A stretch of 63,957 nt of DNA, filler included, from Atractiella rhizophila (GCA_021432655.1; 12 parts of 9 records of this genome joined end to end with filler, not necessarily neighbours in it), one strand, 5' to 3'; shown: positions 48,890-63,184, counted from the whole stretch's first letter. Notes: generated by a model not told the origin, from the sequence alone. Translations and numbers: made by a program.

Positions 48890-51484
48890 ATGGGCCTTGG
48901 GATACTTGAACCTAAATCTAATGCTCCTGTTCCCGGGTTAGTCCCCTCCTTGCTTTTATTTTTGGCATGCGTTCTCATAACGTGTTGATGCAGAACATCT
49001 TTGCTTGACGAGCTAAAGGGACGCACGGAATCCCATGTCGATACTTCAAAGTTGAAGGTGGATGACCAAGGTCGCGTGCTTGTGTAAGTCTCCTTTTTCA
49101 CTCTTCCTTTTGTCCGATCCGATCCTCATTAACCCGAAAACACATTCAGGCCACAACCAAGCAATGATCCTCGAGACGTGAGTTCGGCTCTTGGTTCAAG
49201 GTAGATTCTTATTTGCATTGACTCTTACAGCCTTTGAACTGGCCTCGATGGAAGAAAGAAGCTGCCTTTGCTAACATCTGTTTTGCCACTGGACTTATTG
49301 GGTGAGCTCTCTACGTTCTCTGTATTGAGTCGATTAATCACAGAGTTACCCTATAACAGAGCATGCGGTCCGTTAATTGCCCCGGGATTCCTGCAAATTG
49401 CGAGAGAACTTGGTGTGACCGTGGACAAGATTGCAAAGACCAATTCTGGATTGCTTCTTGCCCTAGGATGTGTCATGTTCTTCCAGTCTGCGATTGGTAT
49501 CAAATGGGGAAGGCGGCCGGTCTAGTCAGCAATATCCTCACTTACACAGAACACTTTGAACTTATAACAAATTGTATTAGCCTTGGCGCTGCTATCCTCA
49601 TGATTGCTGGTGACGCGTGGTCATATGCTGATCCTTCCGTTGACGGCCTTATGGTGAGTGTCTTTGTCGTCTCATAGCTCATCATTTTTACTTGAAGTGT
49701 AAAGGGTTCGAGGATCCTGCAAGGTCTAGCGATGGCACCTGTAGAAGCTTTGGCAACTGCTACTATCGCGGATCTATTCTTTGTTCATCAACGCGGTCAG
49801 TCCTTTTTAGTTCCGGTTCATATTCTGTATCCTGACACGACGGAAAGGCATGAGAGCAGCTCTCTGGGGTCTCTCCTTGCTCGGAGGAATCAACATTGCT
49901 CCTTTAATCAATGGATGTGCGTCCATCCTCCTTGATATCTGCTCACAGGTGGCCGACTCCCATCAATAGACGTAATCAGCGACCTCGGATGGCGGTATTG
50001 CTTCCTCATTATTCTGCCCTTCTACATTCTGTCATTCTTCGGCTTCCTCTTCTTCGGACCGGAAACTGCCTACAATCGTGCGAAAGCCCTCGAGATTGAT
50101 CAAGGCCATTCCGCTAGCGAGGCGATCAAGTACGAAGAGAAGGAGAATCTGGAGAAGGAAACGGAGCAGATTGAGGAGTTGGATTCTAAAAATCCATCTG
50201 CCTCTGCCTTGGAGGCTTCTTCTGGGACTATGCATGGACATCTGCCGCCCAAGACGTTTATCGAAGAATTAAAGCCTTGGTCGGGATACTCTAATGAGAC
50301 TTCCCTTCTCGCTTGTTTCTTGCGACCTTTCCCGCTCTTCTTTTCCCCTGTGGTTCTGTGGGGATTTTTGACTTATGGTTCGCAGTCTTTTGAAGCGGTA
50401 ATATTTTTGGCTAACGAAGTCCAGGAATTGCCTCTCTTCTGCTCGTGCTTCTGAGCGCTGTAACCTCAGTGGTGAGAGTCTCATTCTTCACTCTTCGACG
50501 AAGGAGTCTAAACATTCCATGCAGGTGTTTGGTGGTGTGCGTATACTTTGAGTTGTTACGTCTCTCGTTCACATCCTTCACAGCCACCTCACTTCTTCAC
50601 ATCCAAACAAACTGGTCTCGTTTCCCTCAGCCCTCTCATCTTCTCCATTTTTAGTTCTCTCGTCGCTGGTTACATTAGCGATTTCTTGACAACCTTTCTG
50701 GCAAGGAGGAACAAGGTATGTCTTTCTTCAGGCTTTGAGATGTATTCTCCATACTCACGTTTGTTTCTTCCATAGGGTGTACGTGTTTGATCTTTCTGTT
50801 GGTTTCGAGTAATGTAACCCTGGAAAAGGTATTCGAGCCTGAGATGCGCTTGTTCCTCATGGGTGCATACGTTGTGTGCAACGTATCTGGATATATTGGG
50901 CTCGCATATAGCTTCAAGAATGAAGCACACTGGTTCGCGCCGACGTTTAGTTACGGACTGGTCAACCTAGGTCAAAAATTCTTGAGGTTCGTCACTTCTA
51001 CTCAAGGAAAATGGACTAACAGGTTCTGCAGCACATCCGCTGTTGTCTATATCATTGATGTTCATCGTCACAACACGTCTGAAGCTCAGTAAGTCATCTT
51101 ATCACTTGGAACCTCTGGCGTTGATCATGTTTGCAGAGCCGTTATTAACTTTTCCAAGAATCTAATTGCTTACTTCCTCGGTGCAAGAATCAATGGCTGG
51201 GTCGTTGCCATTGGTCCCTTTAAGATGTTCATGGTAAGACGCATCAGTTTCAAGTCCATCGCCCGGCTGATGCCATCAACTTTGCAGATCTTCTTGGGTG
51301 TTACTGTGGGGGTCTTTTTGTAAGTTGTTCGAAGCAGTGTCTGTCATGGATGCTTAATCATGCTGTTTGCAGGACGACAATCCCCATGTACCGCTACGGT
51401 AAAGTTAGCAGACTTTGGTGGAAGGGAGTCACGGATCGTTATCCCAAGTTAGATTTTCTCCTTACTTACTCGTCCTCCCATTGA
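48890..51484 (+). CDS. MFS transporter, HOL1-like DHA family (many introns)
   Basis: MGLGILEP, PQPSNDPRD|PLNWPRWKK, KWGRRPV, SRILQG..AP.EAL...IADLFFVHQRG, PETAYNR and EPEMRL. Confidence 0.9.
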
Positions 51485-51674
51485 CGCTTTGCCAGGTTCT
51501 TTGGGACGCAGTAAATGTGCTCGCATACAGGTCTCATGGCTTCGTGCTCTCCTTCTGCAAGGGTTTCACAGCATTGTACATTATCTCGGACAACACCGCA
51601 TGGTACATCAGGTTTGATCGTTTGGACATTTATACATCAGTGTGGAGTGGAGATATTCGCAGAAAAGAGACCAC

Positions 51675-54168
51675 CTAAGCCGCTTTCGCTTTCAAGCCAT
51701 CCTCAGTTTCATCGCTCCCAGAGAATCCCGAATCGATATCTTCCTTAATACCCTTTCTGCCCTTGGTTTTCAGCTCCGTCACTCTCTTCGGCTTCCTTCG
51801 ATTTGGCTTATCTCTGCTTGACTGTCGTTGTGCTTCGTATTCTTCAATCGGATCGTTCTCTGGATCAGGAGCACCGTGAGGAGGATCAAGCCATGGCAGT
51901 CGTATGCCTTTGGGCTCTGATATTCTGATTTGTGATGGTGGCGGACAGAACGAGGGAAGAGGAGTTTGTGAATCCGATCCCCTCTCGACGTCTTGGGCAG
52001 TCCGACATTCAACATGTTTCATGCCTTCTCTGGCTTCTGAGGGTCTTCCCCCTGATGACCCATTTCCCTCTCTTTCAGCTTCGAAATGGTCGCGCTCATT
52101 GTTCACCTCGTCCATGTCGATCTCCTGCAGAGAAGATTGGTCATTCCCGAAATGCTCGAAATGCTCAGGTTCGAAAAAGTTGTAGCTTAGAGCAGCAGTT
52201 CTCAACCGTTCTTGATCGTCGACTCTTGAATCTGGACGGAATTGTTGAGCGGTAAGCATGAGTTTTGACGTGTAAAGATCCCGTCCATGAGAATCAATTA
52301 TCTGAGGAACTGTTGAGCGTGAATTTGGAGGCAGAAATTGTTGTTTGTGCTGGGGAGGTGGAGGAAGAGGTTGACATGTTGGCTAAAATTCAACTTTAAG
52401 CCAACGTGCCGCTCAATGAAAGGGATTGGACGAACTGGAAGAACAGGGTGGCGTTGAGCTGTTGAGAAAGGCGTGGTTTTATTCTGTCAAATTATTACAG
52501 TCTGTCTGTGTTATGTTCATCAAGAGATCACACACATGATCAAACGTGGCTGATTGGTGGATGTCAAATTGAAAGGTTGGCAAACTATTTGTCGCCTGTT
52601 CATGTCATCTTGTCAGTGGGAGGAAGGGTCGCTTAAGAAGGAATGCATACATAATCAGGTTGAGGGACTGGAGCGAACGGTGGTGAAAAGTGGAACGACG
52701 ACGCGTTGTGTTTTTGATAATCCTAGTAGGAGGAAATCGTAGAAAAATCATCATCAACGAAACATTGGTGAGCTCACGATCGGCTTCATCGCTTGTCTTT
52801 TTCGCTCGCTCGGAAAGATCTGACCGTTCCTATTAGTCGAAAAGGGGATATACGTTGCTTCGTTCGCCGTCCCAAATAAACTCATATCTTCCTGCGACTC
52901 GTCGTTCATGAATCCGGGTAAAGGCACTTGTGAGCTTCCAATACCATTTACTGTCCAGCTGGGTTCAAACTTCTTTCTCTGAGGGATATGGAAAGGTGGT
53001 GTAAATCTCTGTGCCTTCTCGGGCAAATGAATGGGATCGAGTTTGAATAATTCTTGCCTGGATTCCAGCTGATTACCCATGTGTCTCGATTTCGTCGATC
53101 CCCCAGGCGTCACGACGGCGGGGAATGGCAGATTATTCGGTTGGAACATGACCTTCTCCTCTTCCTCGCTGTCGGTTGGAAGGGATTGGAGAGTAGGGAT
53201 GTGTAGGTTTAAGCCGGTATCGGATAGGCCTTGGCCGGGAGAAGAGTACTCTCTTTGCGCTTGGAGGCTGTAGATGTCCAGTTGAGATGGGGCGGTTGGG
53301 ATAGGTTGTTGGAGCTGTGAGAATGCAGCCTGAGAAAATGGAACGGGAGGTATGTTTGTTGGTGGCTGAACCTGTGAAGGTGGAGGCCGAGTGAACGGTG
53401 CTGGAGTCGGAAGCTGTTGTTGTAATGGTGTTGGTGGTGAGTGGACAGGACGGCCTACGGTAAAAGTAGATGGAGGAGAAGCTAAGTTTGAGTCTGGCTG
53501 CCGGAATAGAGTATCCAGCTCACTAGCGCTCCATTGACGGAATCGCTGGAGCGGAGCGGGGTGGGAAAGTGGGATAGGAGCACGAAGGATTGGGGGCAGA
53601 GCAGGAGAAGGGGAGGAGGAAGTTTGGGCTGCAAACGTTGTCCAGCCGAGACTTCGTTCCTGCCGGTGTTCCCTGAGCAATCTTTCGCTTTCATGAAATG
53701 GTAGGACGCACATCAGGGTCCGCCTTCATGGTCTCCCTGCCCATCAATGCCGTTCTGGGTTCAGAATATCCAACGCGACTGTTAACACCCCACAGCCTCC
53801 CCTTTGTCCGCTCCCTTTCCCTTTCCCTCTTCCTTTCGCTGCTCCTAACCACTGTCCTGATTCTAACCACGCGTCCATGCTCATCGACTAGCTGCTCCCT
53901 CTCCAACTCTGGCACCTCTCCGTCTTCTCCCTCATCAATATCAGAAGAAGGGAGAGTACGTCGGCGAGCCCGTTTTTTACTTGTGGAGGCTATGAGAGAA
54001 GAAATGTGACGACCGCTTGAACCGGAGGAGGAGGAGGCAAAGGGATTGCCCATTTCCCGTTCTAGAGAGCGAATGTGGTTTTGAGTGCGGACCCGAACGC
54101 GTGTTGGTCGTGAGGAAGCGGATGAGGATGCAGTGGAGGATACCATCGCTGTTAAAAGGCAGTGTCAT
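51675..54168 (-). CDS. Hypothetical low-complexity (Pro/Ser/Gln-rich) protein, several exons
   Basis: Co-oriented long ORFs at 53691-54146, 52754-53713 and 51675-52259. Confidence 0.55.
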
Positions 54169-54449
54169 TCCTGCCTACAGGTCACTGTTTCTGTCGATCG
54201 ATTTCAAAGAGGCAGTCGGACCTGCATCAAGTCACCTTTTCATTTGCATAGAAATAAAGGAGTTCTCACGCCTTTCTGAAATGTTGAGCAGCTATTTCGT
54301 GATATCCTGCGATAAGACGCGCTCCATATCACAAAAGACGCGAAAAAGTTGGTTGGCGACAGCGCACGTGATACCATACTCTCGTTTGGCAAACTACGAG
54401 TCGGCTATACCAAGTACCTTCGCCACAAGTTCAGATCAACATCGACAGA

Positions 54450-54712
54450 ATGTCAGCCTCGCCTTCTCCTTCTTTGAGCTCATTCCAAGTTCCAGAGAAA
54501 CGGCCGCGAGGGAGGCCAAGGAAGAATCCTCTGCCAACTCCGTCCGCGGAGGCAGCGACGGGGGGTACGGCAGATGCACCATTAAATGGGGAAGAGGAAG
54601 AGAAGTCTGAGCCCGTGGAGAGGTTGCAGGGGTCTAGGATTGTTGAGGTAAGTCTACTTTCCAACCGTTTCTGGGAATTTGGGTTTGGAGTCGCAAAGAC
54701 ACGAGAGAAAGT
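54450..54712 (+). CDS. AT-hook-containing protein, first exon
   Basis: KRPRGRPRK motif and a GTAAGT donor at ~54648. Confidence 0.6.
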
Positions 54713-57700
54713 NNNNNNNNNNNNNNNNNNNNNNNNNNNNNNNNNNNNNNNNNNNNTTAATTAATTAANNNNNNNNNNNNNNNNNNNNNNNNNNNNNNNN
54801 NNNNNNNNNNNNGATCGGAGAGAGGGGCTGAGGAGGGTCAGTTTGCTGTTCCTGCTGGTGAAAATGGAGATTCGTAGTGATAGAGGAAGCGAGTGACATC
54901 CTATTTGGGTTCCTAGGAGGAGGAGCGGGCCTGTCCATCGTTTCGACGCCGAGCTTTGAGGGAGGGAGAGGTCGAGTGGACTTGGTCGTTACAAGCTATA
55001 AGGAGTTCGAACTGCCTCCGTGAGACTTAATGATGAAATCGAGCATCGTTTTCTCACACGCCTTCCCGTCTTTCCCACCTTCCCGTCCCCCGACCCCGCC
55101 AGCTCCCCGCCGCGACTAAGGATGCACGCACTCTCCATAGCTTCTATACTCCGCCGAGCCTTCTGCAGCTATATACTTTAGGTGCTCAGCCAACACAAGA
55201 ATAAAGGGTGAGCCGAAGGATCGCTTGTTGATCAATCACCGGGAGGAAACCTTGTCCACGTGCAGCAGAAAAGACGCGTCAAACTTTGCAAGAACGCGTT
55301 TCAGCCCTCGCAAAGCAAAAATGGCAGATGTTGCGAATTAGAAATGCTCGGAGAAAGTGTGCGTATGCCAAAAGTCCAAAAGAGTTGAGGAAGAAGTCGT
55401 GGCAACGTGGCACTCGCGGCCTGAGAATATGCCATGGATGACTGATAGCTTGAACTTGATGCCGGCGCCCCTTCCGCTCTGTCCTCCCCAAAAAGAGCTA
55501 AAAGTCTCAGAAAAATGATACAGAAGAAAAGGAGGAGCAGACTGTGGCCACTCCATCAATCGATGCAATAACGGATCGAATGCGGTTGGCCATTCCAAGA
55601 TGGGACAGTGGAAAGTCAACTGAAGTTTGCAGGTCAGGCACCGAACAGCAGTGATTGCGAATCCAGATCATCTGTAAAGTCTTGCAAGGGTCTCCGACAA
55701 CATGAAGGTCTTGACGTTGATGCAGGCTAGATGTATCGTGATTTTATGAAGCACCAATGCAACCTCTCGTCAACAACGCTAGAACTTCTACGTTTATAAC
55801 CTATAGTTTTCATAGCCTCATGGCCACTGAATATATTTTCAAGGGAAAATGAAACTTAGGTTTCCGGTTGCTCTATCAATACCTTCGAGGTATACTACCT
55901 TCTCATGTATTGCTCTTAACATGAACCAAAACTTCCACCGCATCCTTCTGCAACTCCTCCACCAGCTTCTACAAAAAGCTCTGCATCCTCCAAGGAACTT
56001 CTAACGGTGTGGTAGCGACAAGGTGTCAGGAATTAAGCTCGTCTTCAGCATTGATCTCTTCTCCGGTCCACGACTCCCTAAGGTGTCTCCACAAACCTGA
56101 CACCTCAGCCGAAGTGAAGTGCGAAGAAACAGTCGTGGGGATGACCGTCTTGATCAGAGAAGGCTAAGTCGCATGGTTCGCAGATGGAATCGTGCTTCAA
56201 CTGAACTCAACGCTGAAGGACAGAGATTGAGCTGGGATGTTTTTGGAGAACTTGAGTCAGGATTGCAACTGAGGACCCTCGTTAAATGCTTGCTCTTGCT
56301 GAAGGTGAAAGAATAAGCTTCTTAAGATGCGGAAATTTTCCCCGAAAAGCTACAGGCTCTGAAAACTCGTTACGCAGGTCAAGGCGTGGGCAAGTTATGA
56401 TGTTTAAGCTCGAGAGACGAACAGGCAGTTTGAAGAAGTCGAACGATGTTCTCATTACCCCATTCTTGTACATACGCCAATTGTCCATTCTGCAGAATCA
56501 GCCTTAGTTGGAGGTGTTAAAACTTCTTAAAACTTCGGAGACAGCGGCAACCGAGAAGAAAAGTAATCTTGAGGAGGAGAAATCGAAGTGATTCACGGTT
56601 CCCCATACTGTACTAGCGAGAAGGAGGACGGTGTCTTGCGACCATGAAGTCTCCATTAGAAGATGAGTGACTGTCAAATAAAACTTAAACCGCCAATGGG
56701 CAATCTCTAGCGATAGCCTGCATGTCTGGGTTCGCCTTTTCCGAAACAGGATCACTCGATCAGCCTGTTAGGTTAGGTAATTCGCCAAGATTCCGAGAAA
56801 GTTCAATGGAGATCAGCACTGCTCAGTCCTTTTCGGAGCTATGGAAGGTTGTACCATGTTGACGGAATGAATGTCGCATCGTGAAAGGACAGACAGGACA
56901 TCCTTGAAAGGTACTATTGAGCTTCACGCTGATCTCAGAGCGGACAAAATGGCGATGCATACTCTTTGTGAGTAAAGGCAACGGGGTCTGTTGACGTCTG
57001 CATTACATCGAGTGATTCGAGAAGCTTGCAGATGTCTCACCCAATACAGGTCAATAATTGACAATGAAACGGGTGATCGTAGACAGGCCTCAGTTTGTGG
57101 ACCTGGAGCGTCGTATGATCGCCAGTGGGCTCAAACCAGGCAGGGTCAGACTTGTTGGCGCAGGGAGCCACGCTGGGCGTACCATAGAAGTCCGTATAAG
57201 GAGTGAGGTAATGTTGGCGTGGTTGGCGCGCGTCATTGGTCGAAGTAGGTAAGGCATGGGGTGGCAAGGACATCTTGTAAAACTCTTCATCGAGGTTAAC
57301 ACATTTCAAAGGTTACACTGAAAGCAATAAATAAATACCAAGAATCAATAAAAGGAGATGGAAAAAGGATGTCAGGAGCTGACTGTTAAATTGATTGTGG
57401 AATCGTTGTAGTCGTGATACTTTTGCTTGTTCGTTGATTTGAGACAATCAGACAAATGGGGAACTTCAAGTTGCTGATGGCCGCTTTCCTTAACTTCCTT
57501 GATCTAGTACATTCAACGTGCAGCCTCGCAATGTTGCAAGCCCGGTCTCAATATAGATTGTCAAGCAGATTGCTGCTAGTTGATGGTGGCAATTGGTAGG
57601 AGAAAAAAAGAAATCCACTTGCATTTAGCCCCTGATCACTGACTGATGACAAACTGCAGGGATTAGATTAAACCGGGCTGCGCTGCTTGGGATTGCTGTC

Positions 57701-57797
57701 TCCCCTATCGTTGTACAACGAAATCATGGATAGCATAGCATGAAATTTTTCTTATAGAAAAGAATACGAACACTCGTCAACTGCTCAAACACTGCGC

Positions 57798-58862
57798 TCA
57801 TCGCCCCTCCCTCTCCTTCAGCTTCCTCCTCGCATCTCTCTCCTCCGTAATGCTCAACTTCACACCCTTACCCTTCGGAAGGGACACTGTAGGCTTGGTG
57901 CCTTCCCCGATGACGAAAACGTTGTTCACTCGTGTGGCGAAGTCGTGGTCGAGAGAATCGCGCATGTGGATAATGTCGAATCCTTTGAAAATACATGGCA
58001 GCGTTAACACAACGGCGAACTTTGCATAGCTAGGTTTGACGCACCTCCAATATGCCTCTCCTTGCTAACAATCACACCAGCCCTCCCCATGTTCCTTCCT
58101 CCGGTACACATGACCAGATTTCCCACCTCGAACTTCAGAAGACCCTTGATCTTCCCCTCTTCGATGTTGTAGATGATAGAATCGTTGACCTTGATAGCAG
58201 GATCAGGGTACCTGATCGTGCGTCCATCGTGCGTGACGATGAAAGGAACCCCACGAGAGCCGAGTTGCACTTTTCGGACCTTAAGAAGCTTGTAGGTGGC
58301 TTCTTCTGCTGAGATGCGGTGGAGGGTGAAGCGACCCTTGGTGTCGTAGAGAATGCGGAAGTGTTCAGAGGACTTGGGGAGAGAGACAACGTCTGAAACA
58401 CATTGTCTCGATTTTAGCACAGCGGCTGTCAATAGCATGGAAGGCATGACGCACCCATGAATCCGAGAGGATAGGTGTTGTCCGTCCTGACCTTTCCATC
58501 GACTTGTACGAGCCTCTGAGCAACGATCAGAGTAACCTCTCTTCCGGTTAGGGCATATTTAAGCCTGTTCTTCAACATGACCTGTAGCATCGACGGGGTG
58601 CGAAATCAATGCACTGATTTCCCTCCACACCACATCAAAACATGAGAAAAGAGACTTACGGAGAGAGGCAGTGACTCCCTAAGCTTGTGGGGACCTGGTG
58701 AGGGCCTTAACGGGAAAGGGTTTAGTTTCTCAGCCATCCATTATCGAAAGAATCCCGAACCTGCTCGCGTAGACGGCTCCTCCTACACCTCCGCCCAGCT
58801 TTGAGAGCATCCATGACGAAGGTGCTGCTAATCTTTTGAGGTGCTTCTTTGGTCCTCGTCCC
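57798..58862 (-). CDS. RPS4: 40S ribosomal protein S4 (eS4); first codon(s) missing
   Basis: [51 protein letters not shown] and [15 protein letters not shown]. Confidence 0.97.
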
Positions 58863-59010
58863 TAGAACTCCACATCAGAACAGTTCCAGCAAAGGGATAG
58901 CTGGAGAAGCNNNNNNNNNNNNNNNNNNNNNNNNNNNNNNNNNNNNNNNNNNNNTTAATTAATTAANNNNNNNNNNNNNNNNNNNNNNNNNNNNNNNNNN
59001 NNNNNNNNNN

Positions 59011-60706
59011 CGGATACTGAGGCGTCGGGGTCGACTTCGAGAGCTCTTGATGAGCCACCTCCAGCTTACGGGAAACTAGACGAAGAGCTGCCTCCAGGGT
59101 GGAAGAAGGAATATAGTGCTGAGCATGGCAGGGCCTACTATGTCGATACACTTGCAGACCCCCCTAGATGTGAGTGGTAATCTGAAGGAGAACGGCATTG
59201 ACCTGAATGCGATCCTGTTCTGATTTCTGATGCTCGGTGAGTTTCCCTTTGTTGCCAGGCTGTGACGGGACGTCTTGCTTTGCCATCGCCATCGCCCAAC
59301 ATAATGGTGTGACACTTTTAAAATAGGCACATATGATATTGTAAAACAGATCTTGGTTTGCTTTGTGGCGTTAATTTCTTCCGATGTTGGCATGATGTCA
59401 TCATTCGAATTGAGACCCGGCATGCAAGATTGTCTCTGCATTTATGCAGCTTGAATGATATGACTTGCTCACCCGTCTTCGACACATGTCTGTACATCCC
59501 ACTCCGGAAATGCGGAGCGCTTTCTCACTTTACTAGGTTTGGTTCTGTGCTCAAAGGAAAATCGAATCTAAAAAGTCGATATACGAGAACGGGGTTTCCC
59601 ATTCTCTCTCCCTTCCCCAGTTGCAAGAAAACAGGCCTATCTTTCGAGCAGTGCTCTGTGCATTCTGCAATTTCCGCATGTGTACAAGAATCCATTGTCC
59701 ACACCAGATTCTTGAAATGTGGCGTCTGTCGCTTCGTATATCTAGACAGAGATGATCCCCTGAAGTGTATCATCCCGCTACTGCCATCTGGCAGCAAATT
59801 AACGCTCAAGTTTAGCTTTGGAAGACGTTGGTTATAGTGTGTCCTTTGTGACAGCTGAATATTAATCATCTATTGACCCTTCTTGGATAAACTGTCTGAT
59901 GATACTCCTCTCATAGTGAACAGCAATCTGGGTGCATCCATATGAAGATCCCGAGTTCTTGATGTCCATCCCTGATCCCAGCGCTCCTCCTCGTGCTTCT
60001 ACGTCCAAGTCGAAAGCGAATGCGGTCTCCTCCGCTGCTGGGAAGCAACCTCAACGAGGTCGCTCAAACTCTTGGGGGCACTCCTCCTTGAGTCCCTCTA
60101 CCCTCGCTCCAGAGTCGGCAGACACTGATAAGGGACACAAGCGGTCCCATTCCGCATTTGGAAAGTTCAAGGACTCTATCATTGGGACGAAGGAGGAACG
60201 GGAAGAGAAGAAGAGGAGGAGGGAGGCAGAGGAGAGGGAGTATTATAAGCGGATGGCCGAACGACAAAAGGAGTACCAGCGGCAAAGACAGGAACAACTG
60301 GAGGCCAGACGGAAGGCCTATGCTCAGCAGCCTCAGGTGGTCGTTGTCCAGAGACCTGGTTATGGTTATGGCAGTGGCTACACATACGGGCCTTATGGTG
60401 CACCGCCAATTAGCTCCTATGGTTATGGAAGACCAGCGTTCGTCTTTCCCATTGGTGCTTTATGGTCATGCTCAAACGAAAGCAGGTATGGCTACGGATA
60501 TGGCGGATATGGAAGAAGATATGGCGGAGGTGGCTTCGGTGGTGGTGGCAGCGCTCTTCCTCTTCTTGGTGGGCTCGCTGGCGGACTGCTCCTCGGTTGG
60601 TGTCTTCGTTCCTTTGTTACTGTTCAACGTTTTGATATGAGAAACAATAGGGGAGGCACTAGGTGATGCAGGTGATTTTGGAGGTGATTTTGGAGGTGAT
60701 TTTTGA
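59011..60706 (+). CDS. WW-domain protein with Gly/Tyr-rich C-terminus (Wwm1-like), 5' truncated
   Basis: LPPGWKKEY..HGRAYYVDT..PPRS|IWVHP, a coiled-coil segment, GGLAGGLLLG and a GGDFGGDF end. Confidence 0.85.
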
Positions 60707-60965
60707 GCGAAGGTTTCTGATTGAATGTGCTGATAAAGCGTCCTGTGTTGCCCGACCTGTCTCTGATTATACATGTCTTATCATGAAGAAATACAAATAT
60801 ATGTCTGTATCTGAAAGTAGAGAGTTGACAGGACAGCTCCTCTGCAGCCAAGAAGGCAACTTGACNNNNNNNNNNNNNNNNNNNNNNNNNNNNNNNNNNN
60901 NNNNNNNNNTTAATTAATTAANNNNNNNNNNNNNNNNNNNNNNNNNNNNNNNNNNNNNNNNNNNN

Positions 60966-62080
60966 GAGACTTATCTAGCGAGCTGGATGCGAACGACGTG
61001 GTTGTGGTCACTATAATAGGTACCCGAGAGGTCCTGACCTTCAACGGCACTGACGCCGTCTGGCATAACGTCGCTGCACACGTATCCGTTCGCTTCATTG
61101 GCCCATTTCATGGCGGCAGATTCGGGGTCAGCAATCGAGATCCCGTTGATCCAACTCGAGGCGGACCATGTGCCTGCTTTGATGGCTTTCGTCAAAGATG
61201 TCGCATACGTTCGCGCAACCGTCTCAGTTGATCCCCCTGCGAGGGTTTGGAGCAGAGAGGTGTCCCAAACGGAGTGGAGATTAGTGTCAGCCCCATTGTA
61301 GAGGACGTCAATGCCGTTTCCTCCCTTGTCAAGGTTCTCGTCGTGCTTTTCCAATTTCAGGAACATTTCACGATGATGAACGTTTTCGTACCAGTCTATC
61401 CCATTCTTGAGCTTGATCATCTCTGAGGATGATGAAATAATCACTCACGGTTGGTGGATGTCTCCGATAAAATGAATCAAAAATCTTACCGCATCCTTCT
61501 TGAGCAACACAGAGGACCCGCTAGCGAGCATGATGTTTGTCTGTATCATTTCAGTTTTATCGGATGGACAAGTTGGAAGGTCAAGAAAGCTTGCATAATT
61601 TACGATGGCAGAAACGAAGCATCCGCTGCCAGTACAATCTCGATCGAAGTCGACGTTGCAGTCTTTTCTTTCGCTGAGCTTCGTGCGTAGCAGAGGGATG
61701 ATGAGGCTCACCATCTGGGGGAGAGTCCAATGCATCGATGTAGTGCAAACTAGAAGGCAATTCAGACTGCAATCTCTGGAATGAAGAACGACGCACGGAG
61801 CAGACCATGCGCCAGCAGAGGTATATCTGTAGGAATCAGCCCAGGAAGCGACATCTGCCATGTAGCTCGAACTGCTGTTCCCCAAGGCACCTTGCACCAA
61901 AGTCGCTCCTTGGGTCGTCACGAAATCTTGTGCGACATAGGCGACAACTTGATGGCCTGCCAGTTCGAAATCCATGTTGTCAGCCATCCCAACTCTAGAA
62001 TTGATAGACTAACCAAGCGCTCCCCAAGCTCTCGTCGAGGGTATAAGGCTTCCGATGAGCAAGGGAAGAAGCATTTTCAT
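60966..62080 (-). CDS. Secreted S1/P1 nuclease, 3' truncated
   Basis: Signal peptide followed by WGALG|H, SWAD, LHYID, FLIHFIGDIHQP|L|HDE..GGN and NLHSVWD. Confidence 0.95.
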
Positions 62081-62917
62081 GACACACTTTATGGCGAGTA
62101 GCCTCACTGGATCAGAAGGGGAAAGACTCCTGTCAGCCACTTACTCTGTCTCAAGCTGCCTTTTATCTGTGATCTGTGGCTGACTTCTCTAGCAACGTGT
62201 TGTGCTAATCACGTAGAGCGCTACAGTGGATCGACGCTACTTCTATAAATTGCGACGCGTGGAGGCTTATCCCACTCTATCGCGCGCAGCTGTGAGGAAT
62301 GGCATGTCGGAACATTGATGTTATCATCGTCCAGATCAAACTCGCGAGCAGGGCCGGCAGGGGAAGGGGAATGAAAGATGATGTCGCCGGTTCAGATGCT
62401 TATAACAGCAATAACATTAATCCTACTAATACACTGCGCCTACAACTTGATCAATTTGAACCACTGATCGAATGAGCAGGTATATTGTATCTCAACTCAG
62501 CCAGCTCACTCACTCCATAAGAATAAAGATCTGAACCGTCAAAGTAAAGTAAGCACAAAACTCGAACCGAGACCAAGTCAACCGACCAAACCTGAGGGTG
62601 GGAGAAAGAACAGGAGACGATACATGCAAAGAAACCGGTCCGATCGAAACTCCTGCCCATACCTATACGAGCAACTAACAGCAAAGAGTGCCTGCGAACA
62701 AGGAAGTAAACTGCCGACCTTTCCTCTCCTAGTATGTCAGTATGGGATGGATATGTCGGAAGGAGAGGAAGTTGTAGGAAGCTTCCTGGGTGCAAGTAAT
62801 GAGACAAAAGAGAAGGGNNNNNNNNNNNNNNNNNNNNNNNNNNNNNNNNNNNNNNNNNNNNTTAATTAATTAANNNNNNNNNNNNNNNNNNNNNNNNNNN
62901 NNNNNNNNNNNNNNNNN

Positions 62918-63184
62918 ACCGACGTCTGGGCACGCCAATACGTCCTACGGCACACGACAGTGAAGGGGATCCAGCTCTTCTCGCTCGTCTACCCTCCGCT
63001 CCTACTTGCTGGCATGGCGTGGAAGCGCTCCTTCAGCGTGGGCAGGTTCATGAGGAACAGTGCGCTCGTGGGATTGGGAGGCGGAGCGGCTTTTGGTGCG
63101 CTCGCTGGATGGGGAAGGTTGAGGAGTGTGGAGGAGGAGGGTGTGAGGGATAGAGCGGAGAGGTTGAGGGCTAATTGGGGTCAG
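62918..63184 (+). CDS. Hypothetical membrane protein, internal exon
   Basis: Open frame with two hydrophobic segments, ending at a CAG|GTGTGC donor. Confidence 0.55.

Noticed and set aside
55900..56850. LRR/F-box-like gene remnant
   Set aside because: Only weak LxxLxL patterns across interrupted frames.
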